Positions 24,905-39,011 of a stretch of 64,000 nucleotides of DNA are shown piece by piece. Position 1 is the stretch's first letter. The number at the start of each line of letters is the position of its first letter. Location of the stretch: contig JYFJ02001846.1 of the NCBI GenBank assembly GCA_000934665.2, positions 1-64,000 on the forward strand, written 5' to 3'. Source of the stretch: Catajapyx aquilonaris (taxonomy: Eukaryota). The notes under the pieces were generated by a model. The model did no database searches, was not told the DNA's origin, and saw only the letters and a list, made by a program, of their open reading frames with translations. Both the position numbers and the translations under genes were made by a program.

Positions 24905-25580
24905 AGCGAGGACAGACTCGTTCGCATGGCGGATGGAACTATACGTTACAGTGAATACACAGTGAAAGTGCCCAAATTAGTGTTGGGGGAGTTCCAGCGT
25001 GAGGTGATTATGTGCTACGATCGACTTGGCCGAATATCATGTAGTTTTAGGCATGTCTTGGTTGAGGGAGTACAATCCCCGTATTGATCGGAACCTACCG
25101 GAAGTGGCCGTTCAAATGTCATCGACTTGGGTCAATTTGCCTGTAGCCTCCTTTCCCTTATCAGTCAAGGACTTGCTTATTTCATACCCATCAGGCCCTT
25201 CGTTCTCCTGACCTATATAAGCATCCCCCTGATTATCCTCGAGGCCTTTTGGTCCTCCTCACGTAGAGAAGCCACTGGCCCGGCCGTTAGGCTCCCCTCT
25301 CTGGGGATACCTACGGTCGTCCTAAACCTTACCACCTATCCCTTTTGCTTCCCTACCGTCCTTCTGTTCACAGTACTACTCAGGATTATCTGTCATCTGT
25401 ACTCATACTCATTCTGTCAATAAATCCAGAGGAAAAACGGACCCACAGTGTTTATGTGCATTCGTACCTGTCACACTAGACAAGGGGTTCATTCGTCCCA
25501 GCACTTCGCCTTTTGGCTCCCCAGTTTTGTTCGTGAAGAAGAACCATGAACTTAGGATGTGTGCCGACTATCGTGCTGTA
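24905..25580 (+). pseudogene. Ty3/gypsy pol remnant (protease C-terminus plus RT start) split by an LTR fragment
   Basis: VRMADGT...YHVVLGMSWLREYNPRID before ~25140; [34 protein letters not shown] from 25476. Confidence 0.85.
25142..25475 (+). repeat. Truncated solo LTR
   Basis: TATATAAG ~25214, AATAAA ~25419 and terminal TGTCACA, the same layout as the 20002 LTR; no TSD found. Confidence 0.6.
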
Positions 25581-26980
25581 TTATGTCACACAGCTGTAAG
25601 CACCTCCAGTGGCCATCAGACAGGCAGCTTATCAAGCAGGACATCTGCAAAAGTGGTCAAATACTGTTTGGAAACGTGTACCAGCAGACAATATCATTGG
25701 CTCAACAATGACCATTTGTCCAGAATAGTCAAACATGTATTTATTTTAAATTACCACGTTATGAGTGGGGAGATTCGAGAATTAAAAAATGATGTAAAAG
25801 GTGATTGCACTCTGACTACCACAAAACCCACCATAAGAAGGCAGAGAAGGCCTGTCCCTCCATGACAGAGATTCGCAATCTTTTTCGGGTCGCGGCCCCC
25901 CTTTTATGAACGTCGAGTATATACAAGGTAGGCGATAAGATAAATGATCAAGAAGGCCCATAGTTGGATATGCACTCTTATATTTCAAGATGGGGAAGAA
26001 TTATTGTAAAGTTGCTCTTACCTCCATCCCAATTACTTGATTTTGTAATTACCTTAACATTTGCCATCCTCCTTTTCTTCAGCAGGCAACCACTTTGTAC
26101 ACAGAGTAACAATAATTATGTTCACGCTCATATTTGATATCTTGTCAAATTTGCTAATAGACAACAAACTCTTTCAAGAACTTTCAATACCAACTTTCTA
26201 TTGGCAATGCAGACACCATGATTCACTTGAACCAAAGGTACTTGTATACGAGGTGGGAGCTGGCCGTTGTTGCAAATAAATAAGCTGACATTTGGAGGAG
26301 TCATAAGAGAAGGAGGTACACTCTATTCATGACAGTACAGTGTAGACTACATAGTTTGAACTCGGATTTCCTTGTCATTCCTTGTTCGTTAGAATAGAAG
26401 AATGAAGAAGCATGCCACCGATGCTCTCACTCCAACTCCAGAATGACCGTCATATTATCATATATTAAACATCACTTGCACATAATTACACAAACAAACT
26501 AATCTTGGCACCATCCTCATTGACATCAAACTGACACGGGACAGTACCCGGGTGATAATGACGGATCTCGATGAAACTTAATGATAATGCAGGACAATAT
26601 GATACGAAAGGAAGAAAGAAGGAGAAAGGGTTTGGTCCATATTTTGAGACCCCAAACCAGGAGATAAAGAATAAACCTTAGGTACAACATATGGAAGACT
26701 ATAAAACCCAACCCAGACAGCCAGAAAAGTGGGTTAGTCCAGTTGAGTCTGGAGAAGCAGAACCAGAGAAAGTAGTGGAGACCATCAGATAGTGGGCCAA
26801 GTTGGGGCCAGAACACTCCGGTCAGATATAGCTAGTGCATAGAATGACTGCTACTGAATCAGATGATACCAGCGGTTAATCATAGTACGATTTTCATTAT
26901 TAGACAAACACATTTGCTATACCAGGAAACTGCGGAAAGAGAATACTGTTCCATAATACGTATATAATAATATACGTATA

Positions 26981-27437
26981 ATGATGCATAAATGTGCACT
27001 ATGTAGTGCAGTGTTACTGTCAAAAGACACAGAAGCTAGGGAAGATCACCATATTTTTATGAAGGAAAAGAAGGTATACGACTATCTTCGTAGCAGGACA
27101 GACAGTGAATTTGGATCATTTTTCGTGCCCTCTGCAGATATGTTTGCTTTTGTAAAGTTTTGTAATGCCCTTGTTTCGTTTCCTGCAATCCAACATCCAC
27201 ATTGAAGGGTTGGTTTCAGCTGCTGAGAGGTATATCCTTGATTCTATTAAAGTGCGTGAGCTAAAAAAAAAATCATGGAGACCACTGCTGCAATCTTTCC
27301 AAGATTATTCTTCAGCATTACCTGAAAATGCGTGTGCATTACTTTCTTAGATTTAGAATGAATGAAGTGAAGGAGTTATGCCATGTAGGACATACTACGA
27401 ATGCTAGCAGAAAATGGAAGGTGGTTCTCCACAAATA
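26981..27437 (+). pseudogene. P-element-like transposase C-terminal fragment
   Basis: KCALCSAVLL...FMKEK...GSFFVPSADMFAFV...HYLKMRVHYFLR...SRKWKVVLH*. Confidence 0.55.
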
Positions 27438-27519
27438 ATCATGTTCATACATCATATTATGTACCTGATGTGTCATCTGTGTGTTCCAAAGGGAATAATA
27501 TGAATATAGCCTATGTGTA

Positions 27520-27770
27520 GGCCTAATATGTGTAATAATACAAGTTATGTAATATGTATGCAAGTTATGTAATATGCACCAGTACATGAGTTGTGCCATA
27601 TGTGTATACAGAGGCCGTGTAATGTGTGCATAAGTTGTGTAATGTGTGCAGTACAAAAGTTGAGCAGTGCAATATGTACAGTACAAGTTGTGTAATATGT
27701 AGGTATGTGTGTGCTTATATGTATAATGAATAATATTATGTATGTATAACATGTAATATAATATGCGATA
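27520..27770. repeat. Degenerate ~20-bp minisatellite (consensus close to TACAAGTTGTGTAATATG)
   Basis: Repeated AAGTTATGTAATATG / AAGTTGTGTAATGTG units. Confidence 0.7.
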
Positions 27771-28019
27771 TTTATCCTATGTCTTCATTCTGTGTTTTGT
27801 CTTCATTTTTTTTTAAATCGGCGGGCGTATGTATGACGTATTTCCAACCTCTGGGGCTTTTATTGCCATATTTCCGGCACTACCTCGATCTACCGTATTG
27901 TACAATAGGCCTACAGTTTGGGCATGCTGTTCAACCGATCAACCGACAACTGATTCCAAGTTTCCGAGTATTCCACGGCCCTTCCAGTTTCCCGCTTCCA
28001 TCTTCCACAGTATTTTTTA

Positions 28020-28143
28020 GCCGGCATTGGTGGACTAGTGGTTAGCACGCTCGCCTCTAGACCCAATGTTGTGGGTTCGAAACCGAATATACAGACAGAA
28101 CTCATCAACAGGTTAGAACATACTGTATGATGATGATGATGAT
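28020..28143 (+). mobile_element. tRNA-derived SINE remnant with (TGA)n tail
   Basis: A-box-like TGGACTAGTGG, B-box GGTTCGAAACC, ending (ATG)5; no clean TSD. Confidence 0.55.
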
Positions 28144-29924
28144 TCCAATAATGTATTGCATGAATCGACTGAATCTGCCAAGGATCAGTTGTAATGTGCG
28201 TTGCAGTTGAGTGTAGAATGGCGTAGTAACCTATGCTAAACAATACAAACCTACCTTTAAAAAAGCCCCAACGCAAGCAGCGAACAAAATTGGGCCCAAA
28301 ATAGTAAAATTCTTGAACAATATTTTCCGATTGGATGATGCAATTACATAGCTCGTCCTGCACCACATAGGCTAGGCATAATTACAGTGATTCAGCGAAA
28401 TTATGTATTGATCAACCACACTGATTCATGTGAACTCATGAGATACTTCACATTTGTCGTCCCTCCTGTTCCTGGCGTGAGGAGGTGCTTCTTACTGTGA
28501 ACTCCATGAAAAAGAAGAGGAACCGGTTATACTGATGTGGACGTGGGGAAACTGAACCACCTTGTCCATTGGTCAGATATGAAGAGGTGCATTTGAGTCA
28601 TCATGAACCACAGAGTGAATTTGTGGCCATAGGGCATGTTTTCTAGTGCCAGGTTCATTGACTCACCCTCGTCCACCACCCAGTGCTCAAATTCAACTGA
28701 GGTGAGGATGATAAAAAGCAATATTATAACGAGAAGAGGGGCTTCATCCACTGCGGAGAAGGGCTTTCATCACCAAAATGCATTCCATCTATTCACTAAG
28801 TTACGAAGCTAGCACAACATCATTACACGTCTGGATAAAACAGAAGGGAAAAACCCCAGTTAGATGAATCAATCGAGTCCAGCGCCGCGGAGAAGGGCAA
28901 GAGCAGGATAAAGCAGAGTACCATACAAGAAGTCACACCTACCAGTATGATACATCAAGGAGTTGTTACTGTCCGCGTGTTTCACTTGTGAACACTGGAC
29001 ACAATGAACTAAAATAGAGAAGGGCTCACCGATAATTCGTAATAATCAAATCGAGTGCCCATGCAAGGGGGTCAGGACTAGTGCGTCTCTGGTGCTAAAC
29101 AGCTGACATAGCTTAAGAATAATTATTATTGCGCATTATTTTCTAGATATGGTGTAGCTGATTACTCATGGTACAGTATATCAGTTTTGAACGACTTTTG
29201 CCTCGTAATTATTAATATAGAATTATGACTCAAGTGATTTCTTGAAGCAGTCAACTTCGTTTTCTCTCTCCATATCACAACCACTTATATGAAAGGAAGA
29301 TTTCATTGACATATATACGACCCGAAAAACAAATGCAATTTTTGAAAATGGTTGATTGGGTAACATGCAGTTTCGGTGCAATCACAAGTTCAGGGGATAA
29401 CCAGACGGTTGTCAAAAAGGAAACGTCTTGACCTCCCTCATTTTACCGATACAAGCAGTCAGATCAACGGACCCAAACAATGACAACACTACACGGCATT
29501 GATGAACGCAAGAATGAGTTTGTCATCAAGCCACCTCAACAACCGATGAAAGAGGATGACGCCCGTGTGCTTTGTTGCTGTAACGTACTTCCAATAGACA
29601 TACTACAGAAAATGAATTCAGTGATTCAATCAAGTAATAATAATATCAAGTAAGAATAATACAAGTAATAACGCGCCGGATTCAAATGCACTCGTGAGGT
29701 GTCAGAATTCAATATGAAAGGTTAACCCACAAAAATTGACTGATATTGGTTGTCGCGGAGGTCCCCGTACTTTTATCGGAGATCGAACAGCTCCTGCATG
29801 GTGTAGCTCCACCTGTGCGAAGAGAGTCCGGGAAGTCGCTTTCTGAACGAAAATGGACGAAACCAATGCACTACAACATCAACCACCAACAGCTCAAACT
29901 CGTCTAACGCCAGGGCATATTAAG

Positions 29925-30420
29925 TTCCAGCCTTTTGTGACTTTAGTAGGGCATAATGCCTTTTCATTTGACCTCCCTCGGATATTAAAGGCTTTACAGG
30001 AAAATGGATTGTTAGATCGCTTTGTGAGGGTTGTCAGGGGTGTAGCCGACTATCTCTTCCTGTAATGAGGGCGCTACATAAGAAGGATAACAGCAAGTAT
30101 GAGAAAGAGCCTACTTACAAGCTCTTGCAGCGAAGATGTGGACGGGTACCATCCAAGCACAGCACATGATGCAATTACTGATGTGTTGGCTCTACAAAGT
30201 GTTTGTGAAGTGTTAGATATTAGTGATACATTATGGAAGAATTGTGAACCATTTTCTGAGTGTGCCGGAAGGCAGCATGTGAAAGCTGCAAATGCGAGAA
30301 TTTTAATGGGCCTTTCACCGCTCTACGGCTGCATTTCAAAGGGTATGCTGGTGCAGGAATGACGATGGACAGCCTTCGAGATGTGTTTAATCATGGAGGT
30401 GTGGAAGGCATTGGGGACAA
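29925..30420 (+). pseudogene. DEDDh 3'-5' exonuclease plus C-terminal helical region (transposon-associated)
   Basis: TLVGHNAFSFDLPRIL (ExoII) and AHDAITDVLAL (ExoIII); frameshifted. Confidence 0.7.
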
Positions 30421-32454
30421 TTTAAATACCATCATTTTCTTTTCAGAATTACTCTCTATACATTATTCCTCATATTTTCATCATTTTATTTTAAAGGTCT
30501 TAGATATCTCAGATGCTTTCCAGGAAAGTTTCAATTCCCCATAAGCCTCAATGTTAATTGGAATCTTCCGAGTCACCCTGTTAGCTAATTTGCATGGGAA
30601 GGGGTAGTTTTTTCGGTGCCATTGGGAATAAAACCTCTTAAACTATGACGTGTGTAACTTTCATAGAATTGTTAACATTTTTTGATCAAACTTTATAAAT
30701 ATTGGAGAGGCAACAGCTGCGAATTATTCTGCAACATGCAGATTCCAGACCATCTAAATATGCTCGAAGTCAAATGAATTTTGGACACAGACCACGACGA
30801 ACCTGACACGGAAAATCTTTTCGGGCAGGACAGCTAGACCTAGCCTTACTTTCCAGCAGACTCATCAATATGACTGAAAATCATGAAATGTATGATTATT
30901 CATGTGACCACCAAATGTCTTTGCAGACACAATTCATAGCTTTTTTTTTCTGCAGGAGAGAAGGGCAGTGTAGGTTTCTGGACTGGGGCAAGCAACATGC
31001 GACACACGTGGTTACTCAAAATGGAAATCAGGGCACATACTGAGAATGGCACATGTAAGGAATGTTAGTTGTAAGTGGACGAGAGCCGGAACTGGGTAAA
31101 AAAAATTCCAACAATTTAGACATCTCATAATTATGGACTTTGGCCTTGGGGTTCAACGAGGAGCCAGACATCGCAAGGGTCCCTACGACGGCATATTATG
31201 TGATCTAGACAAGAGAACATACAGTATTGAATTTGTTAAGGGGGGAACGACCAACCCAGCCTTGCGGCCCCCCGGCTCTAAAAAAAGAATTCCACACTGG
31301 AGAGAACAACATATTGTGAAAACTAGCTGACCCATCACATTTATAGACACATATGGAAATAGACTGTTATGCATTTATTTTACATCTCAGAAGAGGTCAT
31401 CCACGCTTAGAAGGATGCCTCACCACTGCATAAACCATCCATCACCTGAATAAAATGACATAGAATGACAAGAGTGATGCGTACTTTGTTGCTGTCAGAG
31501 AGGACCAACACTTTTTATTTTGAAAAGCAGACGAAAAATGCATCCCATCTGAGGAAAAATTAATAAAAATGCTCTTGTTGACAGGAGGTGGAGAAATGCA
31601 GCCGTCTGTTCCTGAAAATTCCTGAAATATTACATAACATTGAAAACAAAACCAGCCACAAGGCAATAATAAGACAAAATCCCCACGTAATTATATAAGA
31701 GTACAGGGCCCCTTAAAAAATAAGGCGGGAACCTCGATCCCGTCCGTGCAATAGTTCATCGCAAAAGGTATGCTTGTAATTATTTTATCAAAAGGATGGC
31801 CCCTCCGAGGTGACAAAGGCCCTCATCCTCTACACAGCCTCCAAGTAGATTCATCACCATCTTCATTTTCAAGAGGATAGCCGTTACTTAATGTAAAGTA
31901 TAATTTCATTATAACCTGAAAAACAAGTCAGCCTTGCTAGGGAGATACCACTAAAAGACATTGACCAACGCCCCTGTCAGAAGTGCCTTCCTAGATCAGA
32001 TGAGTGCACCTTCTCTACTTCCAGCTTCTAACTTTAATCAAGATTTTATGTGACAGTCTCGAGTAAATGTCCAATTATTTTGTGGCAGTAAGCAAATTTT
32101 CCTGACATTACGACACTTCATGGGGCCAACGGATAGTGAAGTCAGTACACAGCTGGTGACTAGCTTGTAGCGGCACAGTTTCTCTGGCACATTTATGCCC
32201 CCCCCCCNCCCCCCCCCCCATATCATTTGAAACTCTGCATTAGCCTGAACAAGTCATAACTTGCATGTAAGGAAGCCTGAAATCATCAGAAGAACTGACC
32301 CAATCCCTGAAAGAACAAGGTATTGCGGAGGAAGTGGTCGCGAAGCTCCAAGGTTCGAGATGACAGTGGAGAGGGCTATTCTCCATTGTGACATTGACGC
32401 ATGTTTACTGCATGAAACCATTAATTAAGCATCACACACCAATAAAGCAGCTCA

Positions 32455-32610
32455 CGCCACTTGATGTGGAAGATGTTCCTCAGCACTACCGCTTGCCAAA
32501 GGAGGCGGTGATGGGATTCTGCACAGATTTCTCAGCCGGCCTGGAGCCTTAAAAAACTGCGTCCACAGCCCTAACTGTACAACAGGATTGAGAGGTTAGC
32601 ACCGCAGTGT
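32455..32610 (+). pseudogene. HARBI1-like transposase N-terminal fragment
   Basis: QHYRLPKEAVMGFCTDFSAGLEP*KTASTALTVQQ. Confidence 0.45.
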
Positions 32611-33380
32611 TTGGTCGTACTGTGCGCACTGGTGTAATATTTCTGGAGGACGATGATGGTGAAGAGTATGAGGGCACTATGTAAAAGAGATGGGTTGGAT
32701 AAAGTAGTCAAGGCACAATCCGTGTACTTGCATGTGTATGTTACTGTACATGTACGACATGGTCTAGTCCACGTCATCAAATTTTTATTTAATTATAAAT
32801 AACACCATTAAATGTTGTACACCCCATAGTGTAGCATTTTCAGAAAAAGTCTGCGAGCCATACACATTTCAAATTCCGTGTTAGATTTTTTTGTGATTAA
32901 TTGTGTTATTGTCTTCGGGTTTGTGTGGCCCCTCAGGTTCATGATTTAAATTAATGTCCTGCTAAACAGCATAATTATACACGTTGTCGCAGCAATTTTC
33001 ACCAGACCACACGGACATTCACTGTCCACGTGTAATCATATTTATGTCAATTGTTAATATTTATTGTCAAATCAATTTCTACTTTAGTGTCCGCCACTTC
33101 ATTATTGGTGGTACGCTTCATTATTATTTATGCTAAAGTCCACATAATCTTAACGGTGATTTTTTATAACATTTTGTTTATTACCCCACCACTCCATTTT
33201 TGGGGGGTGGACGAACGACACTGGTGTTGGGAAAGTACAATGCAATTAACCTAGAATGACAAATGACTTCTGGAAGAGCGACGGAGACCACTCCTGTCTC
33301 GACAGCCCACCACCGACAGCGACTGTCGAAGGCAAAGCAAGGGGCAAGTCTTCCTTTCTCTGTCTTCATCCACATAGAGA

Positions 33381-33437
33381 GCCGCAGACCGACCCTGGAA
33401 TAAATAAACGCCTACAAACAAACAAACAAACAAACAA
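33381..33437 (+). mobile_element. 57-bp 5'-truncated retroposon 3' tail
   Basis: AATAAA plus (ACAA)n tail, flanked by 14-bp TSD CATCCACATAGAGA (33367-33380, 33438-33451). Confidence 0.85.
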
Positions 33438-34034
33438 CATCCACATAGAGAAGCATAATTATGCTCTTGGTCGCTCGTAAAGACTTACAAAATGCTGAAT
33501 GACAACATGCTAGGGAAATCCGTATTGGTAGAGAGAGCTTCCCAATATAAAAATATTCTGTTATGGCGTATGTACGCAAAATCCTACAAGAAATGATGGG
33601 TTTATACTGCCATACATTAATTTCATTTCGTATGCAGAGAGACGTGCATACGAAATGCAACTAACATAATTATTCAAAACTGGTTTCTGTTACATACCGT
33701 ATACGTGCCTTGTTTTAATGTGGATGTGTCAGTGGGATTCTGCTAAGATAAAGGAGGGAAGTATACCACATCTTACTTTCAACAAAAGCAGGCCCAGCTC
33801 ACTGAAGCCACTGACCACACGTGGTACTGGAGAGAAATGAAAGTGACACCAAAGTCACCCACTACACAAGACAACTAGTTCTATGTAAAGTAACCAAATT
33901 AACATCCCTCCAGCCACTGATTAGATCATTAGAACGTGAATACTTGGACAGCAATACTGATGTCTCTACCATGGCCAACATTAACTTTTTTTTAAAAGAT
34001 TTCAATTATTGAGAACATTCCATATCAAAGGCAA

Positions 34035-34260
34035 TCCCTATTAATAAAGGAGAAAGTTTGTACATATGTATTAATGTTAATGTATTAATGTATGTATGTC
34101 ACGCCTAATTAAGCCACTTCCCGGGCACGGAGAGCGTTAAAATTTCGCACAGACATGTCTTACATATCACTGACCCCGAGAAAAGTCCCAAACCCGCACT
34201 TTTTTTGAGTCTAAGGGGGGTTTTCAGCAGATTAAGCAATTGCCTAGCAACTCTGGCTAT
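34035..34260 (+). mobile_element. Non-autonomous Helitron 5' end (Lep1-like layout)
   Basis: A|TCCCTATTAATAAAGGAGAAAGTTTGT followed by (TGTA)n microsatellite, CACGC, AAAATTTCGCACA. Confidence 0.5.
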
Positions 34261-35303
34261 CAACAAGCCCAAAAGGAAGGATTTTCACTTACTAAAATAA
34301 TCAATATTCTATTATCCATAAAGAAGAAGAAAAAAGGTTGCTATAGAAATGGATAAAGATCAACAATATTCCCGAACAATCGCATCGGAATGTGCAGATC
34401 AGTCAGTCTCCATCTCCCATCCACTCTCCTTCACCCTCCCTCCCTCCCTCCTGCTCCGTACCTCCTCCTCTTCCCTCAGACGATCAGCACTGTGCGTGCG
34501 CTGACATGCCCCCAGAGTACCCTTCAATTGCATAAGGCGTTCCATTTTCCAACAATCAAACAATCGAGACTCGACCCCCGTTGCCAAGGCATCAGCCTTC
34601 GAGAGAAAAGAATCAACAACCAGTTCCAAATAAACAACAGTTCGTCTCCAACAGTGCTTGGGGTCAGACCACTCTCTCGAAAGCTCCTCCTTAGTCAGTG
34701 CTCAGGTATACAGGCATTCTACAATAATCAACATTGCATATTCAACAATGAAAACAATAGAACATTGGGCAGGTTGGCAAGAATAATACAGATAATGCTG
34801 AAGGTATATCAGTGACTGCGTATAAAATTGGTATCACAATGCCCTGCACACTTGCAAACTGTCACAGATAGGTCATCAGTGCTTGGCTGTGGAAGAAAAA
34901 TATGTTGTCGTACTGAAGCATCAAACATTTTAATATATGTGATTCCAATCACTCTATCACTCATCCTCAAAATTTGCACACTTTATTCAGAATAACCCTG
35001 TGTAGCAGAAATGTAACTGTGGCATTCCGGTGGTTATGCTTCTTTTTCCCTGTCATCGAAGGTTTTGGATGTACATAGTGTTATGAGGTCCCATTGGGAG
35101 ATTAAAAAATGTTCGGAGATTTCCTTAAAACTATTTTTATTACAGTGTGTTAACGTACCTACCCAGGTATCCCCACGAAAACAAGATCTCCTCGCAGAAG
35201 CTGCCTTGGCTGCCACACTAATGTAATGTTTGGATGCGACTGTACCTTTTCCCGGTAGTAAAAAAAAACTCCAGAAGATTCACATGGTAAACTGAGCATA
35301 CTC

Positions 35304-35442
35304 ACATGTGAATGAAGCAAGCGAAGGATTATCGTGTAGAATGTCGATGAATGTATATGTAATCATGTGAGGAAGGAGGAGGGTCGGCCAAGCGGCATTA
35401 GCTGCAGGCCGACAGTCTAAATAAAGCACAAAACAAACAAAC
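35304..35442 (+). mobile_element. 139-bp 5'-truncated retroposon 3' end
   Basis: Stem-loop GTCGGCC..GGCCGAC, AATAAA, (ACAA)n tail; 15-bp TSD AAACTGAGCATACTC (35289-35303, 35443-35457). Confidence 0.85.
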
Positions 35443-36029
35443 AAACTGAGCATACTCTTCGGTGTTGCCACTCCTGAACTTGCCTTAATGATGGCTTAAT
35501 GTAGAGAGTGACACCCATAAGACATGGTTAAATATGAAATCGTTCAACAAGCATATAATTCGACGCAGTGTCATTCATCCATGGGACATACGTACATGTG
35601 CACCCAATTTCACCACAGTTGGCACGGAAGGACGGACAGTCTATATGACATGGAATGACACTCAACTTTTTCTGTGCTCAGTTGCTGCTCTCTTAAGACC
35701 TCTTTTCTCCCAATTGCAGAGCCCTTTCTCTATCATTCCCTGGTTTAAGGTTTATTAGGAAGGAGCTAGAGCAACTATGTCCGACTTGGATGGCCCTGCC
35801 CGGAGGGTAACTTTACATCTGCATTCAAAATACAGAGTCTACTGCAGAAAGTCAGTCTTGTGTCACTATCACACCTAAATTAGGCACTCTTCACCAATTT
35901 GAAAGTTCGTGTGAAATTTCGACAAAACAACATCCAAGAACTGTTGAAGAACATGGTAAGTTTGTGACCTAGGTAAATACAGCATTATTTGTGGTTTATT
36001 TTACTGAATTTTCAATATGGGTAATACAG

Positions 36030-36090
36030 GTAGCCTCAGGGACAAATGGTGGCTCCCCAACATTGTCGGTGCAGTTGATGGAACGCACAG
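36030..36090 (+). pseudogene. Harbinger transposase catalytic fragment
   Basis: LPNIVGAVDGTH after an AG acceptor. Confidence 0.55.
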
Positions 36091-36874
36091 AGGCACTTCC
36101 CTATAACGGCCTCTGTGCTCTGAAACATGCTTGCAAGAACACGACACGATGAACAGAACTAGACCTCTTGGATACATCCGATGTTCTCAACAAGTTCGGG
36201 AAGAACTGTTAATTACTCCCTCTTTCTTACATTAAATATGAAGCAGACGCTCTCCCCGCTGCTGACTTTATTCATAATTTGACCATCCTTCCACAGATAC
36301 CATGGATCAACATGGCGGCATCATTATTCAACTCCTTCATCATCATGTTTCTAAAACTGGAAATTACATTCACACAACCTGAGATAATGAAGTATATTAG
36401 CCCTCAGAAAGTACTGAACTAAAAACACCAGGAAAATGAAAAACTATGCAGACACAACTAACCCCACAGCCCACAGTTTAATAACCATGCACATCGACTG
36501 CTTTGTCACAACTTTTACAATATATTGTGGAAATTATTGTGTGGTCCACATTATGGAGAGTCGTAGGAAAAACTGACCCACTGTTGCCATCAACCACTTC
36601 AAGGACCTCCAGCGACCGGCATACGTGTCACAATTCTGAAACATCATCGCAGCAACTTCACGACACCCTTCACAAACCCAGTAACCCGTCGAATAAAAAG
36701 AAGTATGCGAAGAGGGGATGAAAAATGATGCCCGTTATAGTACCAAAGCCAACCATAGCTGAACCATTGCATGTGCCACTCATCATTTTACCAAAAACGG
36801 CATAACGCGGTGGTTCAACGGGAGAGGGAAGCTGCAAAGCGTAAGTACTCCATCATTGGGGACAACACTCCTTT

Positions 36875-37210
36875 CTCATTGTCAACTGCGCCCAGACCTT
36901 GTACTGGCACAGGGTGACACGACGATAATCATTGACGTTATCATTCCTTTGAAGATCATAGCCAGCTGGACGAGGCCAGGAGAAACAGACACGAAATATG
37001 TCGACCTTGCGGGGAAAAGACCCGATTCAGGATGGTTCTGGTGGAAGCTATCGTGGTGGGATCTCTCAGTTGTTGTGACCCAATGACCGCATAATCCAAT
37101 TGTGGCAGGACGTAATTATTTACGATTGATAAGCAAACATTATGTCTCAGATGTTATTACGTGGTCCAGAACAGTTTATACATTACCCATTTAACGGGTA
37201 TACAGTATAA
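36875..37210 (+). pseudogene. Restriction-like-endonuclease non-LTR retrotransposon C-terminus (NeSL/Utopia-like)
   Basis: QLRPDLVL...IIIDVIIP, KYVDL, VEAIVVGSL, YLRLISKHYVSDVITWSRTVY. Confidence 0.7.
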
Positions 37211-38415
37211 CAGATGTAAACCCCCAAAATTGGTTTGTTATTTTGCATATATTCCCGTGTGGGATGGTTTTTGAATTCATTTTTGTATTATGAACTATCT
37301 GAATGCGCCCTAATGCGACTCATTCTCAGCAGCATCTCACTCGATTCAAGCAAAGATGATGGTTGATTACCAGATACTAGTACTGGTATATCAGGAATAT
37401 TCACACTCCAAGAAGAATGCAAACCACCCAAGAGGAAACGCTACCATCCTTATTTTGACGACCTACTGAAAGATTACGAAGCAAAACAACATTCGACCTC
37501 CCATTACATCATTATCAGGAGTCCTTCATTGCAATGTGGGTTAGTCGATTGGTCAACATGTACTCCCTGCTAGGCGGTGCCTACTCTGCTTAAGGGAAGA
37601 GAAAACGATAGAGTGATGGCCCACTGCGCCTCGGTCCTTTAAGAAATAGGCCGTGTAAGTGCCATAACATGAAGGTGGTGCTGCTTCATAAAATACAGAC
37701 GCACACAGTCATTTTACACTGGAGGCAAAACTAAGATGACCGAGATGAAGGACATAATACCACGTCCTGAAATTAAACGAGCAAATGTTATCTGCTTCTG
37801 TACATATTTATTAGCAACATCTTTTATGTACTCCACTTCCGTAGGTATTGCGATAACGACATCCAGCCATTTGATGACGTGCATTCCTGCTACCGAGCAC
37901 TGACACATCCATAACAATAAGCGAATCACACAAGCCAGCTACTATCTAATTCATAACATTGCAATCATTGTTGGAGGATATAATCACATTTTCAATCCTT
38001 CCTGCTCCTCACTAATGACACCCATAAAGAGGGTCGGATTCCAAACAAAACGGTTCGGACAAGGCAGAGTGTCATACAAGAAAACGGCCTCCGTACATCC
38101 CAGCAGATACGATATCACGACGCGACGCGACGTTGCCCAAGCGACTAAGCATTATGAAGCTCCCAGAATGATCCAATCGACTGACTGGAATAGACTAGTA
38201 ATAATAATTATTAAATCGAGTGGACCTACAAGGAATAAGATATTTTACGTTGGACTCTTCCATACATTTCTGGAAAATGCTGATGCCTTCTAAATACTGT
38301 ATCCGAAATGAAGCTGACATGTTACAACATTCTCTCCTTTAGCTGACAATCGTTTTCAATGACAATGTTAGCCTAATAACCAGGTCCTTCCTGCAACTCT
38401 CACTAACTCGCATGA

Positions 38416-38829
38416 ACAATTCAAGGAAATACTGGATAAAGGGATACACACTTGTACTGGACAATGAGATTAACTGCACCTTATGTAATGAGCCTGTCAA
38501 ATTAGATTTATACCACCTCTTGTATCATTGTAGATTTTTTGCGGAGAGTAGAGAAGAGTACATATATGACATGCCAAAATTTCATCCCAATAAGATTTTC
38601 TTTTTATTTCGACATATATACAAGGAGGATGCACTTAAATTATATAATTTTTTCAAAGCTATAGTAAGGAAATTGGCTTTCTGTGATATAATATTATAGG
38701 ATTATATATTAAGATTGTATCACTGTTATTGACATTACGGCAGATGTTGGCGAGTCCCCCCCCCCCCCCCAAGTTGAACACTGTTTGTAGGGGAGGGGTA
38801 TTCACAATAAATTAAAATAAAATTAAAAT
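38416..38829 (+). mobile_element. 5'-truncated LINE (C-terminal CCHC-like domain plus 3' UTR), related to the LINE at 61207
   Basis: CTLCNEPVKLDLYHLLYHCRFF; AT-rich tail; 12-bp TSD TAACTCGCATGA (38404-38415, 38830-38841). Confidence 0.85.
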
Positions 38830-39011
38830 TAACTCGCATGACGAATCAGCCGAAAAAGTGTCGAAGAAATTGCACTCCCTGAGATGTACGATATGTCGCG
38901 ACGTTGCACAAGCATTTCACGTGTTCAAAATGGCTCGACACAATACACTACAATAGACTAACAGGAGAACTCATCGACATGTCTAGATTCCAATTTATTG
39001 TATTCAGACTG

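Noticed and set aside
27339..27752. 137-aa His/Tyr/Thr-rich minus-strand ORF
   Set aside because: Translation of a minisatellite
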